IMG/VR virus record: IMGVR_UViG_3300032254_000019
Coordinates: 1 to 36,933 of that record
Strand: one strand, 5' to 3'
Length of the DNA stretch: 36,933 nt
Source of the DNA: a virus
Taxonomy: Duplodnaviria; Caudoviricetes
Positions 6,429-15,292 of this stretch are shown here, one piece after another. A program made the position numbers and the translations under genes. A model generated the notes under the pieces. The model had not been told where the DNA came from, did no database searches, and worked only from the letters and a program-made list of their open reading frames with translations. Every line of letters begins with the position of its first letter. Positions within the stretch are counted from its first letter, which is position 1.

Positions 6429-7534
6429 TGATTGGACTTGATCTTGAAACTGCCCCATGCGAAGGGCAGCCTCAGCCTTATGCACTTCAACCGTGGAGAG
6501 CTAGGGAGGGTACGGCGCATATAACGTCGTGTGCGATTGCTAAGTCATCGGGACAGGCTAAGACAACACCAGGCAGGTACAGCGACCTTAAACAGCTACT
6601 GATAGAGCTTGACGGTAAGTATGTAGCAACATGGAATGGATTATTTGACGTTGCGTGGCTACTTGCCTATGGGTTGGATGAGCATGTCAAAAAGATAAAG
6701 TGGGTTGATGCGATGTTGCTATGGAAATGGGTAGAAAATTCACAGTCCAAGGAGCATGCACCTGCGTGGTCGTTGATGGACGGCGCTAAAAGGTGGCTAA
6801 AAGACTGGCCCCATCTGGATAGGTTTAAGGATATGAAGTCAAAGGAAGTAGCCGCCGGGGAAGACGACAAGTATTGGGAGATGAGAGGCAAACTTGATGC
6901 GCTTGTGACTGTCAAGATCGCTGAGATCCTTCAACATAAATTAACTGACCAGCAGCGTAAATCAGTGTTAATCGAAGCGGCGTGCATTATACCGGCAGCA
7001 AAAGCGTGGATAGGCGGGATAAACATTGATACACATAAATGTAAGGCAATAGCGCCAATAATTACTGACGAAATGAGATCTATAGAGGTTAAGTTGGGCG
7101 TATGCGACAGTACATCAGACAAAGACCAGTGGAAGCCATCAACGCTATTATCATCACCTAAGAAGTTAAGCGTATTATTATATACTACTTGGGGTCTGCC
7201 ATGCTCAGTATTTAGTGATAAAACTGGCGCGCCGAGTTCAAATAAAACCGCACTGACATACCTTGCCGATACCGATCCAAGAGTACTCGATATTCTAAGG
7301 TGGCGCGAGCTGAACACTCAGTATACCAAATTTGTCAAAGGGATCATTGCGACATCAGAGTATATCAATGACGATATAGCATACCCGTCACCGAAAATAT
7401 TCTCGACATATACAGGCAGGTTCACGTATGCAAGTAGGAGTGGAAAGAAAGGCGAGAACTACAAAGCTAAGGTAGGTATACCCATCCACCAATTCCCTCG
7501 GAATAAAACCTTGAGAAAGTTAATTGGAAGTTGA
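6428..7534 (+). CDS. Family A DNA polymerase, N-terminal part (3'-5' exonuclease and thumb)
   Basis: ExoI DLET, ExoII WNGLFD, SSPKKL..LLY...GLP, TGAPSS, TYTGRFT, HQFPR. Confidence 0.9.
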   Translation: MIGLDLETAPCEGQPQPYALQPWRAREGTAHITSCAIAKSSGQAKTTPGRYSDLKQLLIELDGKYVATWNGLFDVAWLLAYGLDEHVKKIKWVDAMLLWKWVENSQSKEHAPAWSLMDGAKRWLKDWPHLDRFKDMKSKEVAAGEDDKYWEMRGKLDALVTVKIAEILQHKLTDQQRKSVLIEAACIIPAAKAWIGGINIDTHKCKAIAPIITDEMRSIEVKLGVCDSTSDKDQWKPSTLLSSPKKLSVLLYTTWGLPCSVFSDKTGAPSSNKTALTYLADTDPRVLDILRWRELNTQYTKFVKGIIATSEYINDDIAYPSPKIFSTYTGRFTYASRSGKKGENYKAKVGIPIHQFPRNKTLRKLIGS

Positions 7535-7730
7535 CGAGCGAACCATGACTAAATTAGCAGAAATTGAATGCAGGATCTTACGGAAAACATACTGCGCATA
7601 CCTTATAGACAATGGGAAATTCAAAATGTGGTTATCAAAGTCACACATAATTGACGAGACAAACTACCTTAACGGCGCTGTACTCACGATCCCTATGTGG
7701 TTAGCACTGAATGAGGGACTGGTGAAGTGA
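7524..7730 (+). CDS. Small hypothetical protein between polymerase halves (alternative ATG 7545)
   Basis: AYLIDNG..MWLSKSHI...LTIPMWLA..EGL resembles a recurrent small phage beta-rich protein. Confidence 0.7.
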   Translation: MEVDERTMTKLAEIECRILRKTYCAYLIDNGKFKMWLSKSHIIDETNYLNGAVLTIPMWLALNEGLVK

Positions 7731-7879
7731 ACGTAATGACGGCAATATGCCTTGCAGGGTCGTTTTTGAGCCTGGTAGGCGCACTACAGGCATACAATAC
7801 TGGACTAAACTATTATCCGTGGTTAATAGCATCTATATGGGCGGGTATAGCAGCATTAGGAAGTACCAATGGGAGATAA
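7727..7879 (+). CDS. Putative 50-aa two-helix membrane protein
   Basis: Manual translation MNVMTAICLAGSFLSLVGALQAYNTGLNYYPWLIASIWAGIAALGSTNGR; GTGA overlap with the upstream stop. Confidence 0.6.
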   Translation: MNVMTAICLAGSFLSLVGALQAYNTGLNYYPWLIASIWAGIAALGSTNGR

Positions 7880-8690
7880 GTTACTTGTTGAGTTCGATGC
7901 CGCGGGGCAGGAAATGCGGATCATGGCCGATTATTCACAAGATCCGGCATTACTTAAAATCTTTAATTCTAAATCCCCCTTTGATGATGTCCATTCCTAT
8001 ACTGGATCAAAGATTGCCGGAATGACGTTTGAAAACTTCCTGGAGGCTAAGGCAGCAGGGAATAAAAGAGTAGTTGGAGAGCACGGGCTGAGACACATGG
8101 GGAAATTTTGCAATTTGTCCGGCCTCTATAGAGTAGGTGTCAAGAAGCAAAGAATAAATGCTCGAGTTCAGTATGGCATTGACAAGGATTATATGACGAT
8201 TAGTAGCTGGCAAGACACGTTCCACCGTGCCTATCCAGGTATCAAACGATACTGGGCTGCTGCGATAGCTACCGCTAAAGATCGTGGGTATGCTGAGACT
8301 CGTGCCGGACGCAGATTCTATATTACTGATTGGAATATCCCGGATAGGGCCTGGGGTTGTGAAAGCTCTGCCATTAATTTCCCGATTCAAGGTACAGGTG
8401 CGGATATGAAGGAGCTGGCTATCGCAGTAATATCTAAAAAGTTCCCTAAATTTGAATTCGCATGGGATCTACATGATGGCGAATTTGGATATATCGAATC
8501 GAAACATATCAATTCTAATATGCAGATAATATACGACATTAGAGAGACACTTGACAATCTACCGTACAAAGAAGCATGGGGATGGGAGCCAACTGTGCCC
8601 ATAACATGGGATGCCGCAGTAGGTAAAACGTGGGGTGATATGAAAGAAGTAAACTGGGATGAAAAAGGATCACTTATAACAACATTATAA
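7869..8690 (+). CDS. Family A DNA polymerase, C-terminal catalytic part
   Basis: Motif A LVEFDAAGQEMR, motif B RHMGKFCNLSGLY, AINFPIQGTGAD, motif C DLHDG; AGGA RBS. Confidence 0.92.
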   Translation: MGDKLLVEFDAAGQEMRIMADYSQDPALLKIFNSKSPFDDVHSYTGSKIAGMTFENFLEAKAAGNKRVVGEHGLRHMGKFCNLSGLYRVGVKKQRINARVQYGIDKDYMTISSWQDTFHRAYPGIKRYWAAAIATAKDRGYAETRAGRRFYITDWNIPDRAWGCESSAINFPIQGTGADMKELAIAVISKKFPKFEFAWDLHDGEFGYIESKHINSNMQIIYDIRETLDNLPYKEAWGWEPTVPITWDAAVGKTWGDMKEVNWDEKGSLITTL

Positions 8691-8701
8691 AGGATAACGT
8701 A

Positions 8702-9394
8702 ATGGCTAAATCTATGGCATGGTCTTTTAGCAGATTAAACGATTTTGAAAACTGCCCTAAGATGTTCCACTCTAAATATATATTGAAAGAGTGGCCTAAG
8801 GAGGATAACTCACCTCATTTAATTAAAGGCCGCAGAGTACACGATAAAATGGAGGTGGCGTTAAAGAAGATGCAAATCACCCTTGGCGGTGAGTATGATG
8901 ACGAGATATTCCCAATGGTGCCGGTTTTACAGAAAATAGTTGCCCATGCACAGAACAACAACGGTGAGATTTATACAGAACTTCAGAAGGCGCTAACAGA
9001 TAAGTTGTCTGCGTGTAGTTGGTTCGATAAGCAGACATGGGTAAGGGCCATCTTCGATGTTCTGATTATGTATAAAGATTCGGCGCTAGTAATCGACTGG
9101 AAAACAGGTAAACCAAGTGAAGATAAAGGACAGCTCGCGCTATTCGCAGCGGTTGTCATGGCCTTGTATCCAAAGATCCAATCAGTAACGACATCGTATG
9201 TATTCATAGATCATAACAAGACAGTTTCGAAGCGGTTCACTCGAGACCAGTATGAAGATCTATGGCATGAGTTCGGGGATAGGGCTGAACTGATTCAAAT
9301 CGCTGTAGAGTCAGGTGAGTGGAGGGCAACTCCGAACCGGCGGAATTGCAAATGGTGCAAAGTACGAGAATGTGAATATAAAGGAGGTTACTAA
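8702..9394 (+). CDS. PD-(D/E)XK (Cas4/RecB-like) nuclease
   Basis: WSFSRL..FENCP, IDWKTGK, QLALF, C-terminal CKWC...C. Confidence 0.88.
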   Translation: MAKSMAWSFSRLNDFENCPKMFHSKYILKEWPKEDNSPHLIKGRRVHDKMEVALKKMQITLGGEYDDEIFPMVPVLQKIVAHAQNNNGEIYTELQKALTDKLSACSWFDKQTWVRAIFDVLIMYKDSALVIDWKTGKPSEDKGQLALFAAVVMALYPKIQSVTTSYVFIDHNKTVSKRFTRDQYEDLWHEFGDRAELIQIAVESGEWRATPNRRNCKWCKVRECEYKGGY

Positions 9395-9918
9395 TGGATA
9401 TCATGATTGACATTGAAACATTATCTACAGATAAAACGGCTACGATTGTAAGTATAGGAGCCGTAGTGTTCGACCCCAAAGCTGGCGGTGATGAGTTTAG
9501 CAACGAGGACAAATTCTATACTGTGTGCGATGTAAACCAGCAACGGTTAGTAGATGTAAGTACAGTGACGTGGTGGATGTCGCAATCTGACGCAGCCAGG
9601 GAAGTATTTACGGATCGAAATGCGGTACATATAACGGCAGCGTTGCAGAGTCTTAAATCGTTTATAGAAGAAGTTTGTCCTGATGGTATATGGGCAAACT
9701 CGCCGAGTTTTGACCTTAGAATCCTTGAAGATGCGTTTAGACAATTTGACATATCAATCCCTTGGATGTTCTGGCAGGAACGTGATGTTAGAACACTAAA
9801 GAACGTAATAAATAAGGACAGGATGCCTGAGTTTGAAGGTACGGCGCATAACGCACTTGCAGACGCAGCGCACCAGGTAAAGCAGGTACAGTACATTCAC
9901 AGCTTAATTGGTGATTGA
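9394..9918 (+). CDS. DEDDh 3'-5' exonuclease (exodeoxyribonuclease VIII N-terminal-like)
   Basis: MIDIETL, IGAV.FD, WANSPSFD, RDVRT, HNALADA. Confidence 0.9.
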   Translation: MDIMIDIETLSTDKTATIVSIGAVVFDPKAGGDEFSNEDKFYTVCDVNQQRLVDVSTVTWWMSQSDAAREVFTDRNAVHITAALQSLKSFIEEVCPDGIWANSPSFDLRILEDAFRQFDISIPWMFWQERDVRTLKNVINKDRMPEFEGTAHNALADAAHQVKQVQYIHSLIGD

Positions 9919-10257
9919 ATGACTACAGAAAATAGAACCTATAAGCTAAGAATACCAAATTGTGAGCATGCGCTTTATTTCACAGTCGCAGGGACACCTG
10001 TGCCGACGATGCTATTTGTGAACTGTAAAGATATGAGATCGTTCGAGTGGTTAACTGCTCTAATGACCGCCTATTCAAGACAACTCAGAGCTGGCGTACT
10101 TGTATCGGACATCATTGGTGATATGTCTGAGACCTTTGACCCTCATGGCGGGTATATGATCCCTGACGGGTCAGGTCGAAAGGCGCACAGCTTGATACAT
10201 CACCTAGGACTTATACTTGAACAGCATATAGATGAGATACGATATGACTCAGCCTGA
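9919..10257 (+). CDS. NrdJb/TSCPD-domain-like protein
   Basis: ALYFTV..LFVNCKDM..FEWLTAL..SRQLR.G...FDPHGGY..SLI..LG.ILE.H resembles the C-terminal subunit of split class II RNR. Confidence 0.65.
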   Translation: MTTENRTYKLRIPNCEHALYFTVAGTPVPTMLFVNCKDMRSFEWLTALMTAYSRQLRAGVLVSDIIGDMSETFDPHGGYMIPDGSGRKAHSLIHHLGLILEQHIDEIRYDSA

Positions 10258-10582
10258 GAAGAAAGTAAAGAACTCGATTAAGAAATCAGTTCTAGATAGA
10301 TTCCCTGGTACATGGATGTACATGCCAGTGCAGACTGGTTATGGTCAACATGGAATTCCTGATTTTGTATGTTGCGTGCCGGTGGTAATAAGCCAAGAGA
10401 TGGTTGGGAAGCGGATCGGTGCGTTCGTAGGTATCGAAGCCAAGACAGAGACAGGTAAATTATCAAAAATGCAGTCATACCAGATTAACGCTATAGCTGA
10501 CGCTAGTGGCGTCGCGGTCGTCATCAAAGGCGAGGTGGAAATCGACAAGGTAATTAGCTTAATAGAGGAGTCTTTAAGTTGA
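10244..10582 (+). CDS. VRR-NUC domain nuclease
   Basis: GYGQHGIPDF...FVGIEAK...LSKMQ...ASG. Confidence 0.85.
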   Translation: MTQPEKKVKNSIKKSVLDRFPGTWMYMPVQTGYGQHGIPDFVCCVPVVISQEMVGKRIGAFVGIEAKTETGKLSKMQSYQINAIADASGVAVVIKGEVEIDKVISLIEESLS

Positions 10583-12123
10583 TAATATCGCAGGCACACA
10601 AAGCAGTGATGGTAAATAACCATATAATGCCTGCTATTAATCTGACACGATTTGATCGGACAAAGCAGGTAACATATAAAGGCGAAGATTTTACAGTGCT
10701 ACCCGATAGTCTAGACACATTCGAGATACTATCAAAGGAGAATGTCACATACGCTGGGCCGATAACACGATATTACTCTTGGCCGGGGCAGTTTACACCT
10801 TTCGATCATCAGATAGAGACATCGGATTTCCTGTGCAGGCATCGCAGGGCGTTTGTATTTAACAGTATAGGGACCGGGAAAAGTTTATCCGCATTATGGG
10901 CGGCTGATTACTTGCGTCGGCAGGGGAAGGTTAGGAAGACGCTTATAGTCGCGACATTATCAACACTTTGGCGTGTATGGGCAGATGAAATATATAAGAA
11001 CTTCCCAGGTATTACTTTCGCTGTACTCCACGGTTCAAGGCAAAAACGATTAAGTATGCTGTCCAAAGACAAGGACTTCTACATTATCAACCATGACGGT
11101 ATGAAGGTACTTCAAGCAGACTTAGATGCGCGTGACGATATCGACTTGGTTATTCTTGACGAAGGAGCACAGTTCAGGAACGCCAAGACCGATAAGTATA
11201 AGTCACTTGATGTAGTAGCAGGTGTAAAGTCTAATCGACGCCTGTGGTGGCTTACTGGAAGTCCAATGCCTAATGCCCCAACTGATATATGGGCACAGGC
11301 AAGGATGATAAACCCTGATCTAGTACCTAGGTACTTCTCACGGTTCAGGGATCAGGTAATGACACAGCGAAACCAGTTCTTATGGGTTCCGAAACCAAAC
11401 TGGGAGCAACAGATATACGCGATGCTGAAACCGTCAATCCGTTACACACGCGATCAGTGCCTTGATCTACCGCCGTGCATTACAGAAGTCCGCGAAGTCG
11501 AAATGTCGAAAGACCAGGAGAAAGCATATAAATCAATGTGTGCCGAATTCATCGCAGAAATGAAAGGCGGTACGGTTATCGCTGTCAATGAGGGAGTTCG
11601 TAGAAATAAATTAATTCAAATTGCTACCGGGTATGTATATGACCAAAACGGAGTGACCCACGACTTGAATTGTAGCGCTAAATATAAAGCACTTATTGAA
11701 GCAGTTGAGGAGTCAGGAAACAAGGCAATTATTTTCACACCGTATAGACACTCTGCTGAGTCAATAGCAAAGCAATTAAAATCAAAATATACAGTCGGGA
11801 TGGTACATGGCGGAGTCTCTACACCGATTAGAAGTAAGATATTCTCAGATTTCCAGGATGGCGATTTACAGCTTATAGTCGCGCATCCTGGGTGCATGGC
11901 CCACGGGTTAACACTGACCGCCAGTAGTACAATCATCTGGTGGGGACCAGTAGACTCTTATGAAATATATGAGCAGGCAATCGGACGGATTACTAGACCG
12001 GGCCAGAAACTAAAGCAGACGATAGTACACCTGGTATGTTCAGACATAGAAAAGAAGGTATATAAACGACTCGGTAAAAAAGAAAGTATGCAGGGATTAC
12101 TTTTGGAACTATTAAATACTTGA
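10579..12123 (+). CDS. SNF2-family (SF2) helicase
   Basis: GTGKS, ILDEG, LTGSP, HGLTLTAS, QAIGRITRPGQ. Confidence 0.92.
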   Translation: MIISQAHKAVMVNNHIMPAINLTRFDRTKQVTYKGEDFTVLPDSLDTFEILSKENVTYAGPITRYYSWPGQFTPFDHQIETSDFLCRHRRAFVFNSIGTGKSLSALWAADYLRRQGKVRKTLIVATLSTLWRVWADEIYKNFPGITFAVLHGSRQKRLSMLSKDKDFYIINHDGMKVLQADLDARDDIDLVILDEGAQFRNAKTDKYKSLDVVAGVKSNRRLWWLTGSPMPNAPTDIWAQARMINPDLVPRYFSRFRDQVMTQRNQFLWVPKPNWEQQIYAMLKPSIRYTRDQCLDLPPCITEVREVEMSKDQEKAYKSMCAEFIAEMKGGTVIAVNEGVRRNKLIQIATGYVYDQNGVTHDLNCSAKYKALIEAVEESGNKAIIFTPYRHSAESIAKQLKSKYTVGMVHGGVSTPIRSKIFSDFQDGDLQLIVAHPGCMAHGLTLTASSTIIWWGPVDSYEIYEQAIGRITRPGQKLKQTIVHLVCSDIEKKVYKRLGKKESMQGLLLELLNT

Positions 12124-12147
12124 CATTGTTTCAACATACTGTATAGT
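12120..12147 (+). promoter_or_regulatory. Putative sigma70-like promoter
   Basis: TTGACA-16bp-TATAGT in the gap before the next gene; shares TGTATAG with the 6144 promoter. Confidence 0.5.
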
Positions 12148-12184
12148 TAGCTTGCCAAACAAAATTCAACATGGGAGGTTGGAT

Positions 12185-12571
12185 ATGGACAACGTAGAGC
12201 GGGCAATTAGTGCCTATATAAAAATTAGAGACGACTTGGATGCCAAAAGAAAGGCATTTAAAGAAGTCGAGAGTGCAGCGAAAGCGAAGTTAGACGAGAT
12301 CTCAGGCTACATCGGGAAGCATATCGGCAGTGCTGAGTCTGTAAAGACAGCTCACGGCACGGCATTCAGAGCAAAAAAAGATTTTACGGCGGTTGAAGAT
12401 TGGGAGTCGGCAATCAAATTTATTGTCGATACCGACAATGTACAAATGCTGAATAAATCAGTTAGCAAAGCAGCGGTAAAAGAATACATGGCGGAGCATT
12501 CAGGAGCTACACCTCCAGGTATTAAATATTCATCATTAATTGAAATCCAGGTTAGGAGACCTACAAAATGA
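12185..12571 (+). CDS. Conserved-type phage replication-module protein (ORF track start 12152)
   Basis: GGAGG RBS; N-terminal coiled coil, SVKTAHGT, V.DW, PPGI, IQVRR. Confidence 0.8.
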   Translation: MDNVERAISAYIKIRDDLDAKRKAFKEVESAAKAKLDEISGYIGKHIGSAESVKTAHGTAFRAKKDFTAVEDWESAIKFIVDTDNVQMLNKSVSKAAVKEYMAEHSGATPPGIKYSSLIEIQVRRPTK

Positions 12572-13584
12572 GCAACCAAATAATTATCCCAGAAGGCACC
12601 CAATTACCGGCGCATCTTCAGAATAGAGTCACAGACAATTCGAGCCTAGCTGTAGTAGATAGCTTTCTACCACGTGTCGTTGCTAAAGATGGACACTTCA
12701 TAATCCGTAAGGACGGCGAAGATAAACATCTACCTTTAGGCCAGGGACTCGGCGTCGTAATCATGGCAGCCTCACCATTAGGTAAGGCGGTAGCCAAGCA
12801 ATTCTATGCGAGTGCTTACTCCCCGGATAGTGACGCCGAACCGGATTGCAGATCAGCAAACGGCGTAGTGCCAGATCCTGGGTGTCTGAACAAACAGTCA
12901 GATACATGTGCAGCATGCCCGAAAAATGCGTGGGGATCGGGTGTTGATGCCCAAGGTATGCCGACGAAGGGTAAGGCGTGTTCAGATCGAAAAGAGCTGA
13001 TTATAGTCCCGAATACTGTAATCGAAGGCGACATCTATATGCTATCTGTGTCACCAAAAAGTTTGAAGCCATTAAGTATTTATGGCCGTGAGCTGGACAA
13101 GCATAATATTCCTGTTAGTGGTATAACCACAACGATTGGCTTCGACCCAGCCGATCCAAAGGTACTTAAATTTGAATTTGGTGGGTTCCTTGATGCAGCA
13201 CAGGATGCGATAATTCAGAAGCGTATCCAATCAGACGAAGTCCAGTCGCACGTAGTTGGATCTGATACAGTTCAGCCGACAGTTCAAGCAGTGTCTGAGC
13301 CGTCTGTGGTGGCCCAACCTGTACAGACCGAGTCTGATGTACCAGACGACCCCTTTAACGCGCCTCAGAAAGAGCTGCATGAATCAGATGTTGACGCTAA
13401 CGGTGATGAGTGGGACGAACAGATCCACGCGGCTACTAAATCGAAAACAAAATCAGGTCTGTGGACGAAACGTAGGTCGACTCAGCAATCCGAAGCTGTG
13501 CAGGCTGCGGTAACGGAGCCGGATCAAATTAGTGACTCAGATGCCGATGAACTTAATAGTATACTCGGAGAGTGGGGCGCGTAG
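12568..13584 (+). CDS. Putative ssDNA-binding/recombination protein
   Basis: PDCRS.NG..P, CAACPKNAWGS, GKAC; long flexible acidic C-terminus ending in W; position in the replication module. Confidence 0.6.
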   Translation: MSNQIIIPEGTQLPAHLQNRVTDNSSLAVVDSFLPRVVAKDGHFIIRKDGEDKHLPLGQGLGVVIMAASPLGKAVAKQFYASAYSPDSDAEPDCRSANGVVPDPGCLNKQSDTCAACPKNAWGSGVDAQGMPTKGKACSDRKELIIVPNTVIEGDIYMLSVSPKSLKPLSIYGRELDKHNIPVSGITTTIGFDPADPKVLKFEFGGFLDAAQDAIIQKRIQSDEVQSHVVGSDTVQPTVQAVSEPSVVAQPVQTESDVPDDPFNAPQKELHESDVDANGDEWDEQIHAATKSKTKSGLWTKRRSTQQSEAVQAAVTEPDQISDSDADELNSILGEWGA

Positions 13585-13599
13585 CCACGGTAGAATATT

Positions 13600-13848
13600 A
13601 TGGATACAGACTATATATTAACTTTAAAGGTGGAGGCTGCCAGGAAGGCAGTCTCTACCGCTGGCGGGCAGACGGCGTTAGCTAGAAAACTAAGTGATCT
13701 GCTTAACGAAAGAATCTCAAATGTACGTGTAGCCAAATGGCTGGTCAACGGAATTCCACCTAGGATGGTGCTTCCAATTTCTGAGATAACGGGTATTAAC
13801 CCAAATGAACTCGACCCGAAACTTTACCCGAAACACATTTTGAGATAA
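13600..13848 (+). CDS. Cro/YdaS-like HTH protein
   Basis: AGGQTALARKL...VAKW...IPP...ITGI...ELDPKLY. Confidence 0.82.
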   Translation: MDTDYILTLKVEAARKAVSTAGGQTALARKLSDLLNERISNVRVAKWLVNGIPPRMVLPISEITGINPNELDPKLYPKHILR

Positions 13849-13861
13849 CGCAGGCGATGAT

Positions 13862-14053
13862 ATGAGTGAAAGTAACCAACAGACCTTAGTTAACAACGCA
13901 AAAATAATACTGGACACTACGCGGATCTTTTGGAGCAGCGAGGCTAGTAATGATTGCGAATGTGATATTTCATATTGTGTCGATACGGGTATGGAGTGTA
14001 GAGAATGTAATATAGCTCCAGTAAGTATAGCGACGCAGGGGAGCATATTCTGA
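13862..14053 (+). CDS. Small Cys-rich hypothetical protein
   Basis: CECD..C....CREC; last gene of the + operon. Confidence 0.55.
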   Translation: MSESNQQTLVNNAKIILDTTRIFWSSEASNDCECDISYCVDTGMECRECNIAPVSIATQGSIF

Positions 14054-14107
14054 AATTATCTATATACGCGCATCGTAAGACCTAAATTACATTGAGCGGT
14101 AATGCAG

Positions 14108-14671
14108 TCACTTACGAAACGTACTAATGATATTGGCAAGCCCGCCTGCCTGTTGCTGACCTGATGCCGCGTTATACCTGGCTTGCTTCTCTTTAGTACG
14201 CATTCCAAAGTACGCTCTCAGCAATGCTGTAGGCGTAGCCAGTACAGCCAGCATGATCTCCCATGAATCTGCAAGTTGCGCTAGTATATCGCTCTCAACG
14301 CTGAAAATTGCATAGGCCCACGCGGCCATAAATATCATAACTGCAATAAATACAGCCATAGCCATTAATTTAGCTATCCATGGGCGTGTACTTGCACCAG
14401 AGGCGTCAGCTTGCGATAAGGAGTTTTGAATCTCAGTCCATGAGCGGATCTCTTCTATATCGACATCGAACTCTTTCATCATCACAAGCGCGGCCTGCTC
14501 TGGTGGAAGAGACTCAACTGCTAGCCTAACCTGATTGCCAGTCGCATTGAGAGGGAGCTTTTTGTCATCTGGCAGAAATGCGTTAACTGCATTGATAACA
14601 GGCCCGGCACCAGGGATTGCCGCAGTCACGACACCAGTTCCGACCTTCTTTAGAATATCCCATAGTTTCAT
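14108..14671 (-). CDS. Holin-like membrane protein, 3TM type (ORF track start 14710)
   Basis: TRPWIA plus hydrophobic helices plus YFGMR; next to the endolysin. Confidence 0.7.
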   Translation of the reverse strand: MKLWDILKKVGTGVVTAAIPGAGPVINAVNAFLPDDKKLPLNATGNQVRLAVESLPPEQAALVMMKEFDVDIEEIRSWTEIQNSLSQADASGASTRPWIAKLMAMAVFIAVMIFMAAWAYAIFSVESDILAQLADSWEIMLAVLATPTALLRAYFGMRTKEKQARYNAASGQQQAGGLANIISTFRK

Positions 14672-14672
14672 G

Positions 14673-14957
14673 TCAAAACCCCTTAAAGTATAGAGCTGTA
14701 ACTGCGGCAAAGACTATCCACAGCGCACGTTCTACCAATCTTGATATGATGAAATTGTTCCCAACTTTATCCCTCATCTCAGAAACTTCAGTTTCTATAC
14801 TATCCAGTTTACGTCCGAACCTTTTTAGCGCATCGTTATGATTAACTATACGCTCGTCGATACGGGCAATGTTCTGAATAATTTCTGTAACCATCGCGAC
14901 TTGCTTTTGAAGATAGTCAATCTTAACAGTAAGTGATTCTATTGAGCCGTCAGCCAT
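14673..14957 (-). CDS. Coiled-coil protein with C-terminal TM helix (lysis cassette)
   Basis: IARIDERI coiled coil, LWIVFAAVTALYF. Confidence 0.7.
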   Translation of the reverse strand: MADGSIESLTVKIDYLQKQVAMVTEIIQNIARIDERIVNHNDALKRFGRKLDSIETEVSEMRDKVGNNFIISRLVERALWIVFAAVTALYFKGF

Positions 14958-15292
14958 TAATAGTCCCCATCAATTTTTTCTTTTAGTTTATCAAATTCGG
15001 CTATAACTTCTGAGTCAGTCATCTTCCGTAATTTATTGGCATCGTACCCAGCGTCAATGAGAAGTTGCTGGCACCTCCAGGCTCTGTCACCAAATATATA
15101 ATGCCCCTTGAATATAGGTTTTGGTGAGCCATCAGCTTTATCCGCATGGAATTGTTTTATCATTCCTGTAATGTCCATGTGGAGAAAATGTGGAAATGGG
15201 AATTTAACGGTACGCGCTTGTCTGATGACAAGATATCCGCCGTTCCGCCAAAGTCTGAATGCCTCCACAAGACAATTACTCCACTTCATCAA
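14957..15292 (-). CDS. Hypothetical protein
   Basis: Overlap-coupled to both neighbours; SNCL..A.RLW..GGYL, PHFLH. Confidence 0.75.
   Translation of the reverse strand: MMKWSNCLVEAFRLWRNGGYLVIRQARTVKFPFPHFLHMDITGMIKQFHADKADGSPKPIFKGHYIFGDRAWRCQQLLIDAGYDANKLRKMTDSEVIAEFDKLKEKIDGDY

Noticed and set aside
7526-7859. Group I intron in the polymerase
   Set aside because: Junction bases fit (U before, G last), but I could not find convincing P7 or other core elements and the gap is fully tiled by two coupled ORFs; not called without a covariance scan
7523-7880. T4 gene 60-style ribosomal bypass between the GGAAGT repeats
   Set aside because: Landing on the matching GGA AGT leads to a stop at 7877, not the polymerase frame, and the gap is far longer than known hops
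7747-8025. 92-aa ORF in the track
   Set aside because: Overlaps polymerase motif A out of frame; the 7727-7879 frame is better coupled to its neighbours
8702-9394. CRISPR-associated Cas4
   Set aside because: Solo Cas4-like PD-(D/E)XK nucleases are routine in phage replication modules; no cas context
14054-14107. Bidirectional terminator at the convergence of replication and lysis operons
   Set aside because: No strong GC stem with U-tract visible
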